From an uncultured Gammaproteobacteria bacterium (GTDB lineage Bacteria > Patescibacteriota > Patescibacteriia > UBA9934 > CAMTUG01), in NCBI GenBank assembly GCA_964588955.1, contig CAZPQJ010000003.1, positions 91,409 to 141,142 on the forward strand: 49,734 bases of DNA, read 5' to 3'. Under the pieces are notes generated by a model. The model had not been told where the DNA came from. It did no database searches and saw only the letters and a program-made list of their open reading frames with translations. This document shows positions 7,783 through 16,956 of this stretch, piece after piece (the first letter of the stretch is position 1; every line of letters starts with the position of its first letter). A program made the position numbers and the translations under genes.

Positions 7783-9402
7783 TTAGAGGGCGGGTTGATC
7801 GGAAGAAACGCTTTCGGTGGGTTCGTAGGCTTTGAAAAAACGTTTGTGCATGGAGGAGACGAAGTCGGTCATTTCTGGACTCTTGAGTAACCACGCGACG
7901 AGGCCGTAAACGGCTAGGCCGCATCCGCCAGCAATCAATCCTTGAACCAGAACAGCAAGAAACGTATCGAGATGAATTACGGCAACGACCACGGATTTCA
8001 TGAGCTGCGTCACAATGCCACAGGCGATGGCTGCCAAACTAATTGAAAATAACGATTTCAAAATCTCCCCCTCGCGCAACGATCCGACTTTTAAGCGCAA
8101 GGCGATCCACAATAAAGAAACGTTGACGATTGCGGCCAACGAGAAGGCAAGTCCAAGTCCAACCACGCCAAATTCTTTTGAGAACAACAAGGCGGCGACA
8201 ACAGTAAATACGGCATTAATAAGTCCAGCCACAAACGGGGTGATCGTGTCGCGCCAGGCGTAAAAGGCGCGGGCGAGGAGAAAGATGAGGCCTTGGGCGA
8301 AGAAACTGAGGGTGAAAAAAGCCAGCGTGTCTGCTGTTTGGATTGTTTCGCCCCAACCAAACTTCCCTGCTCCAACGACAACACGGACGATCTGCGCGCG
8401 CAGCAAAAGAAAGACGATGGTGGCGGGAATGATAAAGAAAAGAATTTGCCGCGTGGTTTGCGACAGTGTTTGAGTAAAAGCGTCTTTGTCATTTCTCCCT
8501 GCGGCTTCGGAGAGCGACGGAAATGAGGCCACAGCAAACGAAACAGCCACGATGCCGATCACAAAAAACTGAATGTTGTAGGCAAATTGGTACATGGTGA
8601 CGCTGCCCGCCGCCAGCGTTGTGGCAATCATAATCAGAATGACGTCATCGAGCTGAGAGACGGCTACACCGAGTGTGCGCGGAATCATCAACTTACCAAT
8701 TTCGCGCGTGTCGCTGTCGCGCGTGTTCCACACAAAGCGGTAACGATATCCCGCGCTACGCATCGCCAAGGACTGCAAAAGAAAATGAAGGAAAGCACCT
8801 AACACCACTCCCCAGGCCAATCCAATCGGCCCCAGGATCGGCACGAGCACCACGGCGCCGAAAATGATCCCCACGTTATACAAAATGGGCGAAAGCGAGT
8901 AGACCAGGAAACGCTTCATTCCCTGCAAAGCCGATCCAAACACGGCCGAAAGAGCCAACAAAAAATCAGAAATAAACATCACGCGCGTGAAGGCTGTCAC
9001 CAACCCAAGCTTGGCGTGCGAAAAACTAGGAGCGATCAACTGGGCAATGGTTGGGGCGAAGAAAAACAACACAACGGAGACAACAGCCAAGGTACCGCCA
9101 ACGATATTGAGAATGTTGTTGGTGAGTTCAAAGCCCTTGTCACTTTTTCCTTCCCCGCGATAGCGTTTAGTGAACAACGGAATAAAGCTTGCCGAAAGCG
9201 CACCCACCACCAGTAAGGAGAACAACAAATCTGGAACGAGGAAAGCGGCATAATAGGCGTCGAGTGTGTCTCCCGCACCAAATTGGCCGGCCAAGATGCG
9301 GTCGCGAATGAAACCGGCAAAACGTGAGAGAAAGGAAAAAGCGGCGATAATCGTCGCCGCACTGGCAATTTTCTTGGTCTCTGCGCTCAAGAATCGCATC
9401 AT
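7783..9402 (-). CDS. murJ: Lipid II flippase MurJ/MviN
   Basis: 539 aa, polytopic, with N-terminus AATIIAAFSFLSRFAGFIRDRILAGQFGAGDTLDAYYAAF. Confidence 0.9.
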   Translation of the reverse strand: MMRFLSAETKKIASAATIIAAFSFLSRFAGFIRDRILAGQFGAGDTLDAYYAAFLVPDLLFSLLVVGALSASFIPLFTKRYRGEGKSDKGFELTNNILNIVGGTLAVVSVVLFFFAPTIAQLIAPSFSHAKLGLVTAFTRVMFISDFLLALSAVFGSALQGMKRFLVYSLSPILYNVGIIFGAVVLVPILGPIGLAWGVVLGAFLHFLLQSLAMRSAGYRYRFVWNTRDSDTREIGKLMIPRTLGVAVSQLDDVILIMIATTLAAGSVTMYQFAYNIQFFVIGIVAVSFAVASFPSLSEAAGRNDKDAFTQTLSQTTRQILFFIIPATIVFLLLRAQIVRVVVGAGKFGWGETIQTADTLAFFTLSFFAQGLIFLLARAFYAWRDTITPFVAGLINAVFTVVAALLFSKEFGVVGLGLAFSLAAIVNVSLLWIALRLKVGSLREGEILKSLFSISLAAIACGIVTQLMKSVVVAVIHLDTFLAVLVQGLIAGGCGLAVYGLVAWLLKSPEMTDFVSSMHKRFFKAYEPTESVSSDQPAL

Positions 9403-10553
9403 ACTCTCCGACGAGCCAGACGTAGATACAAACCAACCGAGGTCACGAGCAACACAGCCAACAAGCCAAGCAACAGCTGCAAGTAGGGATTTTCAATGTG
9501 GAAAAAGGAGATGTTGATAGATGTCGAGTCGGTAGATTTGGTGCCGGCTTCGTCGGTTACTGTGAGGTTGACGGTGTAGTCACCAAAAGCGCGGTAGGCG
9601 TGGGTGATTTCCGCGCGATTGGAACGCACGCCGTCGCCGAAGTCCCAATCGTAGCGATAGCCGTCACCCTCAAATCCACGCACGGCAAAGGCATAGGTGT
9701 TCCAGCCGGTTTGTTCGTAGGAAAAAATGGCGTTGGGGGAGATTTGCAAGTCGGATAAGGCGGCGCCATTGCTCGTTTTTTCATCCGCGTTGTTGTTGGA
9801 TGCGGATGTGTCTGTCGCTGGTGCGTCATTGGTTCTTGTTGATGCGACCGTCCCCGTGGCCATTGTTGGAGCTACGTTCGCGGAGATAGGCGCAGCAAAA
9901 ATCTCCGGAGCAGGAGCACCAGAAATCGAAGGGTCGGTTGGCGCGTAATCATCGGCATCTGCCACCCCGTCAGCATCTGTGTCTGCAGACAACGTATTTA
10001 AACCCATCTCCTCCTCTACGGCATCAGACAACGTGTCGTTATCGTCATCGCTGTCGCAGACGTCGCCTTGACCGTCGCCATCTGTATCGCGTTGATTGCT
10101 GTTAGAAGTTGAAACACAGTTGTCCGAATCATCTACCACGCCGTCGCCGTCTTGATCAGCAATGGGCTCCTCCAATGGCGACAAAATAACGTCATTAGCA
10201 GTATTCGTATCTACCGGATCTGTACCTTTAATTTCAGCTCGAACATTAAAGCTTCCTTCCGGAATGACAAAATCAACATAGACCTCTTCCTCCTGCCCGC
10301 CCGCACGAACCGAAATGACTTGCGTGTTCCCAACTTCCACCATTCCTTGCATGAACGTGACATAACCAGACACGTCGACGTCGCCAAAATTATGCACCTT
10401 GGCGTACACACGCACCGTGTCTCCGATCACGAAGGTATCGGTAGAAAAGAAAATATCGGACTTGTTGCGAAACCCTAAATCCGCTCCAGCAGCGCGCGAG
10501 GTGTGCGGTGCCAGCAACACGAGGACAAAAAGAGCGATAAAAATGCGGCGCAT
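9399..10553 (-). CDS. Secreted, C-terminally anchored surface protein: CARDB-like domain, thrombospondin-type-3 (Ca-binding DxDxDG) repeats, Ala/Thr-rich linker, PKD domain, TM helix
   Basis: Signal peptide MRRIFIALFVLVLLAPHTSRAAG; DQDGDGVVDDSDNC, DTDGDGQGDVCDSDDDND and DTDADGVADADD; YDWDFGDGV...HAYRAFGDYTVNLTVTDEAG; C-terminal LLLGLLAVLLVTSVGLYLRLARRR. Confidence 0.8.
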   Translation of the reverse strand: MRRIFIALFVLVLLAPHTSRAAGADLGFRNKSDIFFSTDTFVIGDTVRVYAKVHNFGDVDVSGYVTFMQGMVEVGNTQVISVRAGGQEEEVYVDFVIPEGSFNVRAEIKGTDPVDTNTANDVILSPLEEPIADQDGDGVVDDSDNCVSTSNSNQRDTDGDGQGDVCDSDDDNDTLSDAVEEEMGLNTLSADTDADGVADADDYAPTDPSISGAPAPEIFAAPISANVAPTMATGTVASTRTNDAPATDTSASNNNADEKTSNGAALSDLQISPNAIFSYEQTGWNTYAFAVRGFEGDGYRYDWDFGDGVRSNRAEITHAYRAFGDYTVNLTVTDEAGTKSTDSTSINISFFHIENPYLQLLLGLLAVLLVTSVGLYLRLARRRV

Positions 10554-10555
10554 AG

Positions 10556-11260
10556 TTAGTTTTTCTTGTGACCAAACGTATAGTTGAAGATGTTGGTGCG
10601 TACGGGACCGATGGTCATAATGTACGCTTCAGCGAGCGTGTATTTAATAGCGATTTCCAATCGTCCATCGCGTTCAAGGCGACGAACGGAAACAGGAACT
10701 TTTACAGACGTGAGAATACCGAAGCTGCCGACGCGTTCGCCTCGCAACACATAGTCATGATCTTCACAAAACAATACCGTTTCATCAAATCCATGAATTT
10801 CGCGGTGCTTGTCGCGGCGGGCGAAGATGCAAAATCCCGGGGCGTGGGGATGCACCTTGGCCAGCAAGCGCGTGTAGCCGTTGTAGAAGTGATGAAACAC
10901 GCGATCAACAATTTTTTTGGACATGGGCAGCACGTCGCAGGTGGCAAAATCCAATTTGCGCTCTATGAACTCATGAAGGTTGCGCTCTAAAAACTGCGGA
11001 TCCGTAAGTTCCACGTCCGCATCGAGAAATAACACTATCTCTCCCTTGGCCGCTTCCGCTCCGCGGTTGCGTCCAGGGCCAGGCATGCCACCATCGACCA
11101 CTCTTGCACCAAAAGAAGTCGCGATCTGGCGGGTGCGATCGGTGGAACCAGCATCGGCAACAATAATTTCCAACGGCTGCAGCGTTTGGGTACGAATGGA
11201 AGCCAACAGCTTTGGCAAGTACTCTTCCTCGTTCTTTGTGGGAATGACGATGGAAAGCAT
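10556..11260 (-). CDS. Family 2 glycosyltransferase
   Basis: The internal Met gives MLSIVIPTKNEEEYLPKLLASI...IIVADAGSTDRT...FLDADV. The start at 11260 avoids overlap with the divergent 11292 gene. Confidence 0.85.
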   Translation of the reverse strand: MLSIVIPTKNEEEYLPKLLASIRTQTLQPLEIIVADAGSTDRTRQIATSFGARVVDGGMPGPGRNRGAEAAKGEIVLFLDADVELTDPQFLERNLHEFIERKLDFATCDVLPMSKKIVDRVFHHFYNGYTRLLAKVHPHAPGFCIFARRDKHREIHGFDETVLFCEDHDYVLRGERVGSFGILTSVKVPVSVRRLERDGRLEIAIKYTLAEAYIMTIGPVRTNIFNYTFGHKKN

Positions 11261-11291
11261 AATGGATAAATGATAACATGAGCCTGACCTT

Positions 11292-12431
11292 ATGCCAAAG
11301 ATTGAACCAAAATGCCCGTACTTCGGCGTCTGCGGAGGCTGTGCCCTGCAGGACATGAACTATGGTGAGCAAGTTGCGGAGAAAAAACGATTGATTGCCG
11401 AAGCGTTTGCCGGGGCGGGAATTGATTTACCTGAGTGGGAGATTGTGCCTTCGGACAGCGCGTATTATTACCGTAACCGCATGGACTACCCGTTTGGCTA
11501 CCAAGGGGAGCTTGGGCTCAAAGCGCGGGGCAAGTGGTGGAAGACGCTTGATTTAACCACCTGCTTTTTGTTGTCGCCGGAAACGCCAGAGATTATGCAG
11601 CGCGTGCGCACGTGGGCAAAAGCATCGGAACTCCCCTTTTGGAATGTTAAAACGCATCTTGGATTTTTACGCTATCTTGTTATCCGTGAAGGGAAAAATA
11701 CTGACGAGCGATTGATCATGTTGGTGACGTCGGCGACACATCCATTCAATGAACAGCAACAGCGATCATTTGTCGCCTTGCTCGACGACATGGCGACATC
11801 TATTATTTGGGGCGTCAACGATAAAATTACCGACCTGTCGATTCCAACATCGATCGAAGTCCTCAAAGGCAATCCGTATTTGCAGGAACAGGTCAACGGG
11901 ATCATTTACCGCATTCAACCGGGAAGCTTTTTCCAAACCAACACGCAGATGGCGGCCAAGCTACAAGATACGGTGATGGAATTCTGTGGGGAGATCACAA
12001 ACAAAAAGGTGATGGACTTGTACTGTGGAGCGGGATTCTTCTCCCTAGCGCTCGCGCGACAGGCAAAAGAGGTCGTTGGTGTGGAACTCGACGCGGAGGC
12101 GATCGGGGCGGCTAAGGTCAACGCGGAGGTGAACGGCGTTGGTAACACGCGCTTTTTAGCCGCAAAAGCCGAGGAATATGATTGGGTGAAAGATGAACCA
12201 GACGTGGTGGTGATTGATCCCCCGCGCTCTGGATTACACAAAAACGTCCTGGAAACCTTGACCAAAGCGCTTCCGAAGCGTATTGTCTATGTCTCCTGCA
12301 AATACCAAAAGATGATTGAGGAGCTTCCGCAGTTTCTGCCGTTCTACAAAATCACCGCCATTAAGGCTCTGGATTTGTTTCCTCAAACACCACATGTCGA
12401 AGTCGTTCTCTGTTTGACACGCAAATCCTAA
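11292..12431 (+). CDS. 23S rRNA/tRNA (uracil-5-)-methyltransferase, RumA/TrmA family (Fe-S Cys cluster present, no TRAM domain)
   Basis: Contains CPYFGVCGGCALQ, FFQTN, DLYCGAGFFSLALA, DPPRSG, YVSC and FPQTPHVE. Confidence 0.85.
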   Translation: MPKIEPKCPYFGVCGGCALQDMNYGEQVAEKKRLIAEAFAGAGIDLPEWEIVPSDSAYYYRNRMDYPFGYQGELGLKARGKWWKTLDLTTCFLLSPETPEIMQRVRTWAKASELPFWNVKTHLGFLRYLVIREGKNTDERLIMLVTSATHPFNEQQQRSFVALLDDMATSIIWGVNDKITDLSIPTSIEVLKGNPYLQEQVNGIIYRIQPGSFFQTNTQMAAKLQDTVMEFCGEITNKKVMDLYCGAGFFSLALARQAKEVVGVELDAEAIGAAKVNAEVNGVGNTRFLAAKAEEYDWVKDEPDVVVIDPPRSGLHKNVLETLTKALPKRIVYVSCKYQKMIEELPQFLPFYKITAIKALDLFPQTPHVEVVLCLTRKS

Positions 12432-12468
12432 TATCTTTTCTCCTTCTTTCTCCCGCTTTATCCAACCT

Positions 12469-13317
12469 ATGAAATCCGGATTCGTCTCCATGATCGGTCG
12501 CTCAAACGTCGGCAAGTCTACCTTGCTGAATGCTTTGGTTGGCTCCAAGGTGGCGATCACCACTCCCAAGGCGCAGACGACTCGACAGCCGATTCAAGGG
12601 ATTGTTAACGACGAGCGCGGACAAATTGTGTTTGTCGACACCCCGGGAATCATGCAGGTGGCTCGCGACTTGCTCACCAAGCGATTGTTGAAATACACTC
12701 AAGGTTCGCTCGAAGGAGTCAATGTGATTTTGTACGTGGTCGATCCAACACGTGCGATTGGCAACGAGGAGCATCAGGCGTTAGCGATGATTGAACACGC
12801 CAAGGTGCCAAAAGTTCTTGTTATCAACAAAATCGATGAAGAGATCAAACCGTTTTTAGAAAGCTATCAAGACTTAAGCAAGCAATTCGATCAGGTGATC
12901 GAGGTTTCAGCTTTGCGTGGGAGCAACGTGAAGCAGCTGCTGACGGCCGTGTTTGATTTGTTGCCAGAAGGCGAAGCGTTTTATCCAGAGTATCAAATTT
13001 CTAACTTGCCACATGAACAATGGGTGGCGGAACTGATCCGCGAAAAGTTATTCTTGCGTTTGCGCGAAGAAGTCCCCTACGCAGTTCACGTGGAAGTCAG
13101 CTCCATTGAAACCCGCGACAACGGCACCACCTATATTGCGGCAACGATTTACACCAACCAAGATCGCTACAAAAATATGATCATCGGCAAAGGTGGCCAA
13201 GGGATTAAAGAAATCGGCCAATCGGTGCGCAAAGAATTGGAAGGAATCAGCCAAAATAAAATCTACCTTGAATTGCACGTGGAATACGACCCACATTGGG
13301 TCGAAAGAATGCAGTAG
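12469..13317 (+). CDS. era: GTPase Era
   Basis: Contains GRSNVGKSTLLNAL, DTPG, NKID and a C-terminal KH domain (IIGKGGQGIKEIG). Confidence 0.93.
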   Translation: MKSGFVSMIGRSNVGKSTLLNALVGSKVAITTPKAQTTRQPIQGIVNDERGQIVFVDTPGIMQVARDLLTKRLLKYTQGSLEGVNVILYVVDPTRAIGNEEHQALAMIEHAKVPKVLVINKIDEEIKPFLESYQDLSKQFDQVIEVSALRGSNVKQLLTAVFDLLPEGEAFYPEYQISNLPHEQWVAELIREKLFLRLREEVPYAVHVEVSSIETRDNGTTYIAATIYTNQDRYKNMIIGKGGQGIKEIGQSVRKELEGISQNKIYLELHVEYDPHWVERMQ

Positions 13318-13337
13318 GGACAATTCACGAATTGTCC
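13314..13337 (+). repeat. Palindromic repeat copy 1 (GTAGGGACAATTCACGAATTGTCC)
   Basis: The inverted repeat GGACAATTC-ACG-GAATTGTCC lies at 13318-13337. Its TAG is the era stop codon. The same 24-mer occurs in reverse complement at 14216-14239 and 48344-48367. Confidence 0.85.
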
Positions 13338-13612
13338 TAGGAAGTCTTTTCCCCTGCCGTCCCTGCCGCCCAAGCACGCAGGGATTTTTCGTCTGTGCCG
13401 CCGCAGATAAACCGATGGGAATCCGTGTTCAAGAAAAACGGCACGCCGCCGCAGTAGCCACGGTCGTATTGTTCAAGCTTGGCGGCATTCTTTTCATTGT
13501 GCCAAACTTCAAAACGCTCAATCTTGACGCCTTCGGCAATCAGTTTCTCGACGATGGGAGCCATGGCAATGCAGTGCGGACATTCCGTGCCGTAAAATTC
13601 GAGGAGGGGCAT
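13337..13612 (-). CDS. Thioredoxin-fold protein (glutaredoxin-like, CPHC active site)
   Basis: The internal Met gives MPLLEFYGTECPHCIAMAPIVEKL...GGVPFF (91 aa). The upstream 28 codons of the track ORF look non-coding. Confidence 0.75.
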   Translation of the reverse strand: MPLLEFYGTECPHCIAMAPIVEKLIAEGVKIERFEVWHNEKNAAKLEQYDRGYCGGVPFFLNTDSHRFICGGTDEKSLRAWAAGTAGEKTS

Positions 13613-13697
13613 ACAGATAAAAGATAAAGATGGAGAAAATAGGAGAAAGAGGGAGAGAGTAGAAGAAAGGCAACGAGAATGATACCATATTTTCACT

Positions 13698-14210
13698 ATG
13701 CGTAAATATTTTTCTTCCGTCCCCCTATCCTACTTTCTTTTTCTTTCTCTTTTCTCCCTGGTGATTCTTTTACTCATTGGCAACCGATTGGGGTTTAGAT
13801 TTGCTGGCGGCGATGGATATCAACGTCCGTTGTTCTTTCAGTCGGACACAGAGTCATTTAGTCGCGGGAGTACGATCGACACGGGTGCTGGTGAGCGGAT
13901 GATGATTTCACAGGATCAGTTGTTTGTTTGGCTTGATGAGAACTCCACCTTGCACGTCGATACGCTAACAAACGACGAGACCAAACTGACACTCATCCGT
14001 GGACGCATGGTCGCGGTCGATAAGGCTGCCGTGAAACGCGCAACGACCATCGTTGCTGGTGATACCACGACCACTTCACTCGACGCACCAATCTCGATTG
14101 TTAATTATGATTTCCTAGGAAAAGTCGACGTCTTCCCTGTCGAGGAAACACTCGCGACAACGGGCGCAGCCAAAGATTTTTACGCTTGGTATTTTTCAAC
14201 AACGAAATAG
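13698..14210 (+). CDS. Membrane-anchored hypothetical protein, possibly FecR-like
   Basis: 170 aa with an N-terminal TM helix (LSYFLFLSLFSLVILLLIG). The body (ERMMISQDQLFVWLDENSTLHVD...LTLIRGRMVAV) resembles a FecR-type beta fold; the call is weak. Confidence 0.55.
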   Translation: MRKYFSSVPLSYFLFLSLFSLVILLLIGNRLGFRFAGGDGYQRPLFFQSDTESFSRGSTIDTGAGERMMISQDQLFVWLDENSTLHVDTLTNDETKLTLIRGRMVAVDKAAVKRATTIVAGDTTTTSLDAPISIVNYDFLGKVDVFPVEETLATTGAAKDFYAWYFSTTK

Positions 14211-14212
14211 GA

Positions 14213-14240
14213 CATGGACAATTCGTGAATTGTCCCTACG
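14213..14240 (-). repeat. Palindromic repeat copy 2 (CATGGACAATTCGTGAATTGTCCCTACG)
   Basis: 28/28 identical to 48341-48368. It lies between convergent genes, 15 nt downstream of the 14255 gene stop. Confidence 0.85.
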
Positions 14241-14254
14241 GAAACGAAACAAGA

Positions 14255-15607
14255 TCAAAGATCGAATGATTGATGATATTCAGGGATGATGATTTCGGTG
14301 CCGAGTTCGTGGCGCAGATGGGAAGCAAACAACTCTTTGTCTTCCGCGTCGCCATGGACGAGAAAGACTTTCTTGGGCATCACCCCATCTTCAGGTTTGA
14401 GCCAATGCGTCAGTTTGTTCTTGTCGCCATGAGCAGAAAAAGCGCCAATCGCAGAAAGTTTGGCATGGACTTCGATGCGCTGGCCGAAGATGGTTACTTC
14501 TTTGGCGCCTTCATACAGCGTGCGTCCAAGTGTGCCTTGCGCAAGATAACCGATGATCAAAAGACGCGTCGTCGGGTCGGGTAAATACTGAATGAGGTGA
14601 TGCAAAATGCGCCCGCCGGTCATCATGCCACTGCCGGCGATAATGATTTTTGGTTTGGGCGAAGCATTAATGTGTTTTGATTCCTCCGCCGACAAGGTTT
14701 CATGCAACCCAGGGAAAGAAAAGAAATCGCGATCATGTTCAGACAATATGGGGCTGTCGAACTTGAGATAGTTGGCAAAGTGTCGATAGATGGCTGTCGC
14801 TTTAATCGCCAAGGGACTGTCGAGAAAAATCGGGATGGGGCCATCGTGTTTGAGCGTTGGGAGAATGTGATTCAACTCGTAGAGCAATTCTTGGGTGCGC
14901 TCAATGGAAAAAGCTGGAATCAGTAACACACCACCCACTTCAATCGATTCCGCCACAACAGCGCGTAGTTTTTCTCCGCGCGTGGCCATCGGCTCATGGA
15001 CACGGGCGCCGTAGGTGGATTCGCAGACCACGTAGTCGGCATGACTCAATGATTCGGTTTCTGGAAGAATGGGTACTTGATCGTTTCCAATGTCGCCGGA
15101 AAAGACGATGCGCTTGCCTTCAGTTTCGATCGAAATAAACGCCGAGCCGAGGACGTGCCCGGCATCGTGGAACATGATCGTACAATCCCCTACCGTAAAC
15201 TGCTGGTGATAGCTCACCGACTTCATGTGCTCCTGCATCGCTGTGAGTGACTCTGGCGCGTACAACACGTCATCTTTGCAACGCTTGGCGTTGTCGCTCA
15301 TCACATGCGCCGCATCTTCCAGCACAATGCGTGCAAGTGCCGCGCACGGTTCGGTGGCATAAATAGGACCAGAAAATCCAAGCTCCAACAAACGCGGTAA
15401 GCGTCCGGTATGATCCAAATGCGGATGGGTTGCCAAAACCGCGTCGATCGACTTAGGATCAAACCCAAATTCGTCAAAATTCTTACGTCCGCACATGCGC
15501 TCACCCTGAAACATGCCGCAATCGATGAGCAAGCGGGTTTTGGCTGTTTCTAGCAACATGCAGGAACCTGTGACCTCTCGGGTGGCACCGTGAAAAGAAA
15601 GTTTCAT
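14255..15607 (-). CDS. MBL-fold beta-CASP RNA-metabolising nuclease (CPSF73/RNase J-like family)
   Basis: The internal Met gives MKLSFHGATREVTGSCMLLE, followed by HPHLDHTG, and a beta-CASP/RMMBL-like tail (SAHGD, LVHGD). The start at 15607 is 10 nt after the upstream stop. Confidence 0.85.
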   Translation of the reverse strand: MKLSFHGATREVTGSCMLLETAKTRLLIDCGMFQGERMCGRKNFDEFGFDPKSIDAVLATHPHLDHTGRLPRLLELGFSGPIYATEPCAALARIVLEDAAHVMSDNAKRCKDDVLYAPESLTAMQEHMKSVSYHQQFTVGDCTIMFHDAGHVLGSAFISIETEGKRIVFSGDIGNDQVPILPETESLSHADYVVCESTYGARVHEPMATRGEKLRAVVAESIEVGGVLLIPAFSIERTQELLYELNHILPTLKHDGPIPIFLDSPLAIKATAIYRHFANYLKFDSPILSEHDRDFFSFPGLHETLSAEESKHINASPKPKIIIAGSGMMTGGRILHHLIQYLPDPTTRLLIIGYLAQGTLGRTLYEGAKEVTIFGQRIEVHAKLSAIGAFSAHGDKNKLTHWLKPEDGVMPKKVFLVHGDAEDKELFASHLRHELGTEIIIPEYHQSFDL

Positions 15608-15617
15608 CGTCGTACGA

Positions 15618-15845
15618 TTAGCCATTTCCAAGCTCTGCCGCAACCTCTTCCCATCGCGTCTTAAACTCGGCGGCAAGTTCTTCCAAATTTTGGTCGTCGT
15701 GCGATTCGCCGACTTCCAATCGTTCCTCAAAATAATCGTCTACAAGTTCATGAAAGGCTTCTGGATTGTTGATCCCCGATGCGCGGGCACGGTTCAACAA
15801 TTCGTTCCAAATCTGGTCTCGATCCATCATCAAATTTTCCGTCAT
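15618..15845 (-). CDS. Small acidic hypothetical protein (75 aa)
   Basis: ORF tightly coupled to both neighbours (1-nt and 10-nt gaps). I recognise no motif. Confidence 0.55.
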   Translation of the reverse strand: MTENLMMDRDQIWNELLNRARASGINNPEAFHELVDDYFEERLEVGESHDDQNLEELAAEFKTRWEEVAAELGNG

Positions 15846-15846
15846 A

Positions 15847-16365
15847 CTAATTTTTACTAAAGCGGAAGATCCACAATCGAGGCTCCTCCGAAATTAATTC
15901 GGTCCGTTTGGGGTTAAGTCCCCATCCAGCATCAGTATACGTCCCGGCAACGGCAAGTGTCGAGATCGGCTGGTTGAGCTTGTCTTCCAGGACGACTTCT
16001 AATTCACTCCCCACCGGCGCCAAGCGATACAAGCAGGCAAGGGTAGCTCCAACCAAATCTGGATGCACATGATCAGAAAACCTGGGACAGGAAAAAACGG
16101 CCGTACGCTCTTCGGCTGGTTCGCCGTCACGCATGGCGCACGTAAAGTGACCGAGATGCTTTCCAAAGGAGGAAAGACGCAAGGTGTAGAGCTTCCACGG
16201 GTGGCGCTCGCCGCTGTAGGCCGGCCGCAATTCCAAATCCGCCGTGCTGACTTCTGCCAAACGCAACCAAGCATCATGAAACAAACGACTAGGGGCGGTT
16301 TTTTCTAACCGCTCCATCCAGTCGTTCATCGCCACATTCCAAGGATTAACTGCTTGCGCGCACAT
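15847..16365 (-). CDS. Hypothetical protein (172 aa)
   Basis: ORF starts 3 nt after the ribE stop. I recognise no motif. The real start may be the Met at codon 13. Confidence 0.55.
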   Translation of the reverse strand: MCAQAVNPWNVAMNDWMERLEKTAPSRLFHDAWLRLAEVSTADLELRPAYSGERHPWKLYTLRLSSFGKHLGHFTCAMRDGEPAEERTAVFSCPRFSDHVHPDLVGATLACLYRLAPVGSELEVVLEDKLNQPISTLAVAGTYTDAGWGLNPKRTELISEEPRLWIFRFSKN

Positions 16366-16368
16366 ACG

Positions 16369-16953
16369 CTACGTACGCGCGAGCGCGTATTTGATCATCA
16401 TATCAACTTCCAAATTGACGAGGTCACCAACCAATCGATGTTGCCAGGTAGTGCGTTCTCGCGTTTCAGGAATGAGCGACACAGCAAAAACTTCACCCTG
16501 CACGTCGGCCACGGTCAAGCTAACCCCATCAAGAGAAACCGACCCTTGAGGCACAATAAAACGACGCAAGGTGGCCGGAGCCTCAATGAGCACAACCAAG
16601 GCGTTCCCACGTTCTTCGATCTCTACAATCTTCGCAACCCCATCTACGTGCCCATAGACAAAATGTCCACCAAGCTCATCACCAACCCGCATCGATGGCT
16701 CAATATTCACCACCTCGCCGATCTTCCACTCCCCAATCGTCGTCAAATCCAACGTCTGCGGCATCACATCGGCTGAAAATCCATTCGCGTCCACGCCCAC
16801 GGCAGTCAAACAAATTCCACCGACGTTTACCGACGATCCTTCACCTACACGATCCATCACTCCTGGCGCATCAATACGCAACCGCAATCCCCCGCCCGCC
16901 TGTGGCTCAATGGTTTGAATACGTCCGTGATGATGAATAATTCCTGTATACAT
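16369..16953 (-). CDS. ribE: Riboflavin synthase alpha chain
   Basis: 194 aa starting MYTGIIHHHGRIQTI, with duplicated lumazine-binding halves (GICLTAV... and GVSLTVADV...) and NLE.D. Confidence 0.88.
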   Translation of the reverse strand: MYTGIIHHHGRIQTIEPQAGGGLRLRIDAPGVMDRVGEGSSVNVGGICLTAVGVDANGFSADVMPQTLDLTTIGEWKIGEVVNIEPSMRVGDELGGHFVYGHVDGVAKIVEIEERGNALVVLIEAPATLRRFIVPQGSVSLDGVSLTVADVQGEVFAVSLIPETRERTTWQHRLVGDLVNLEVDMMIKYALART

Positions 16954-16956
16954 AGA

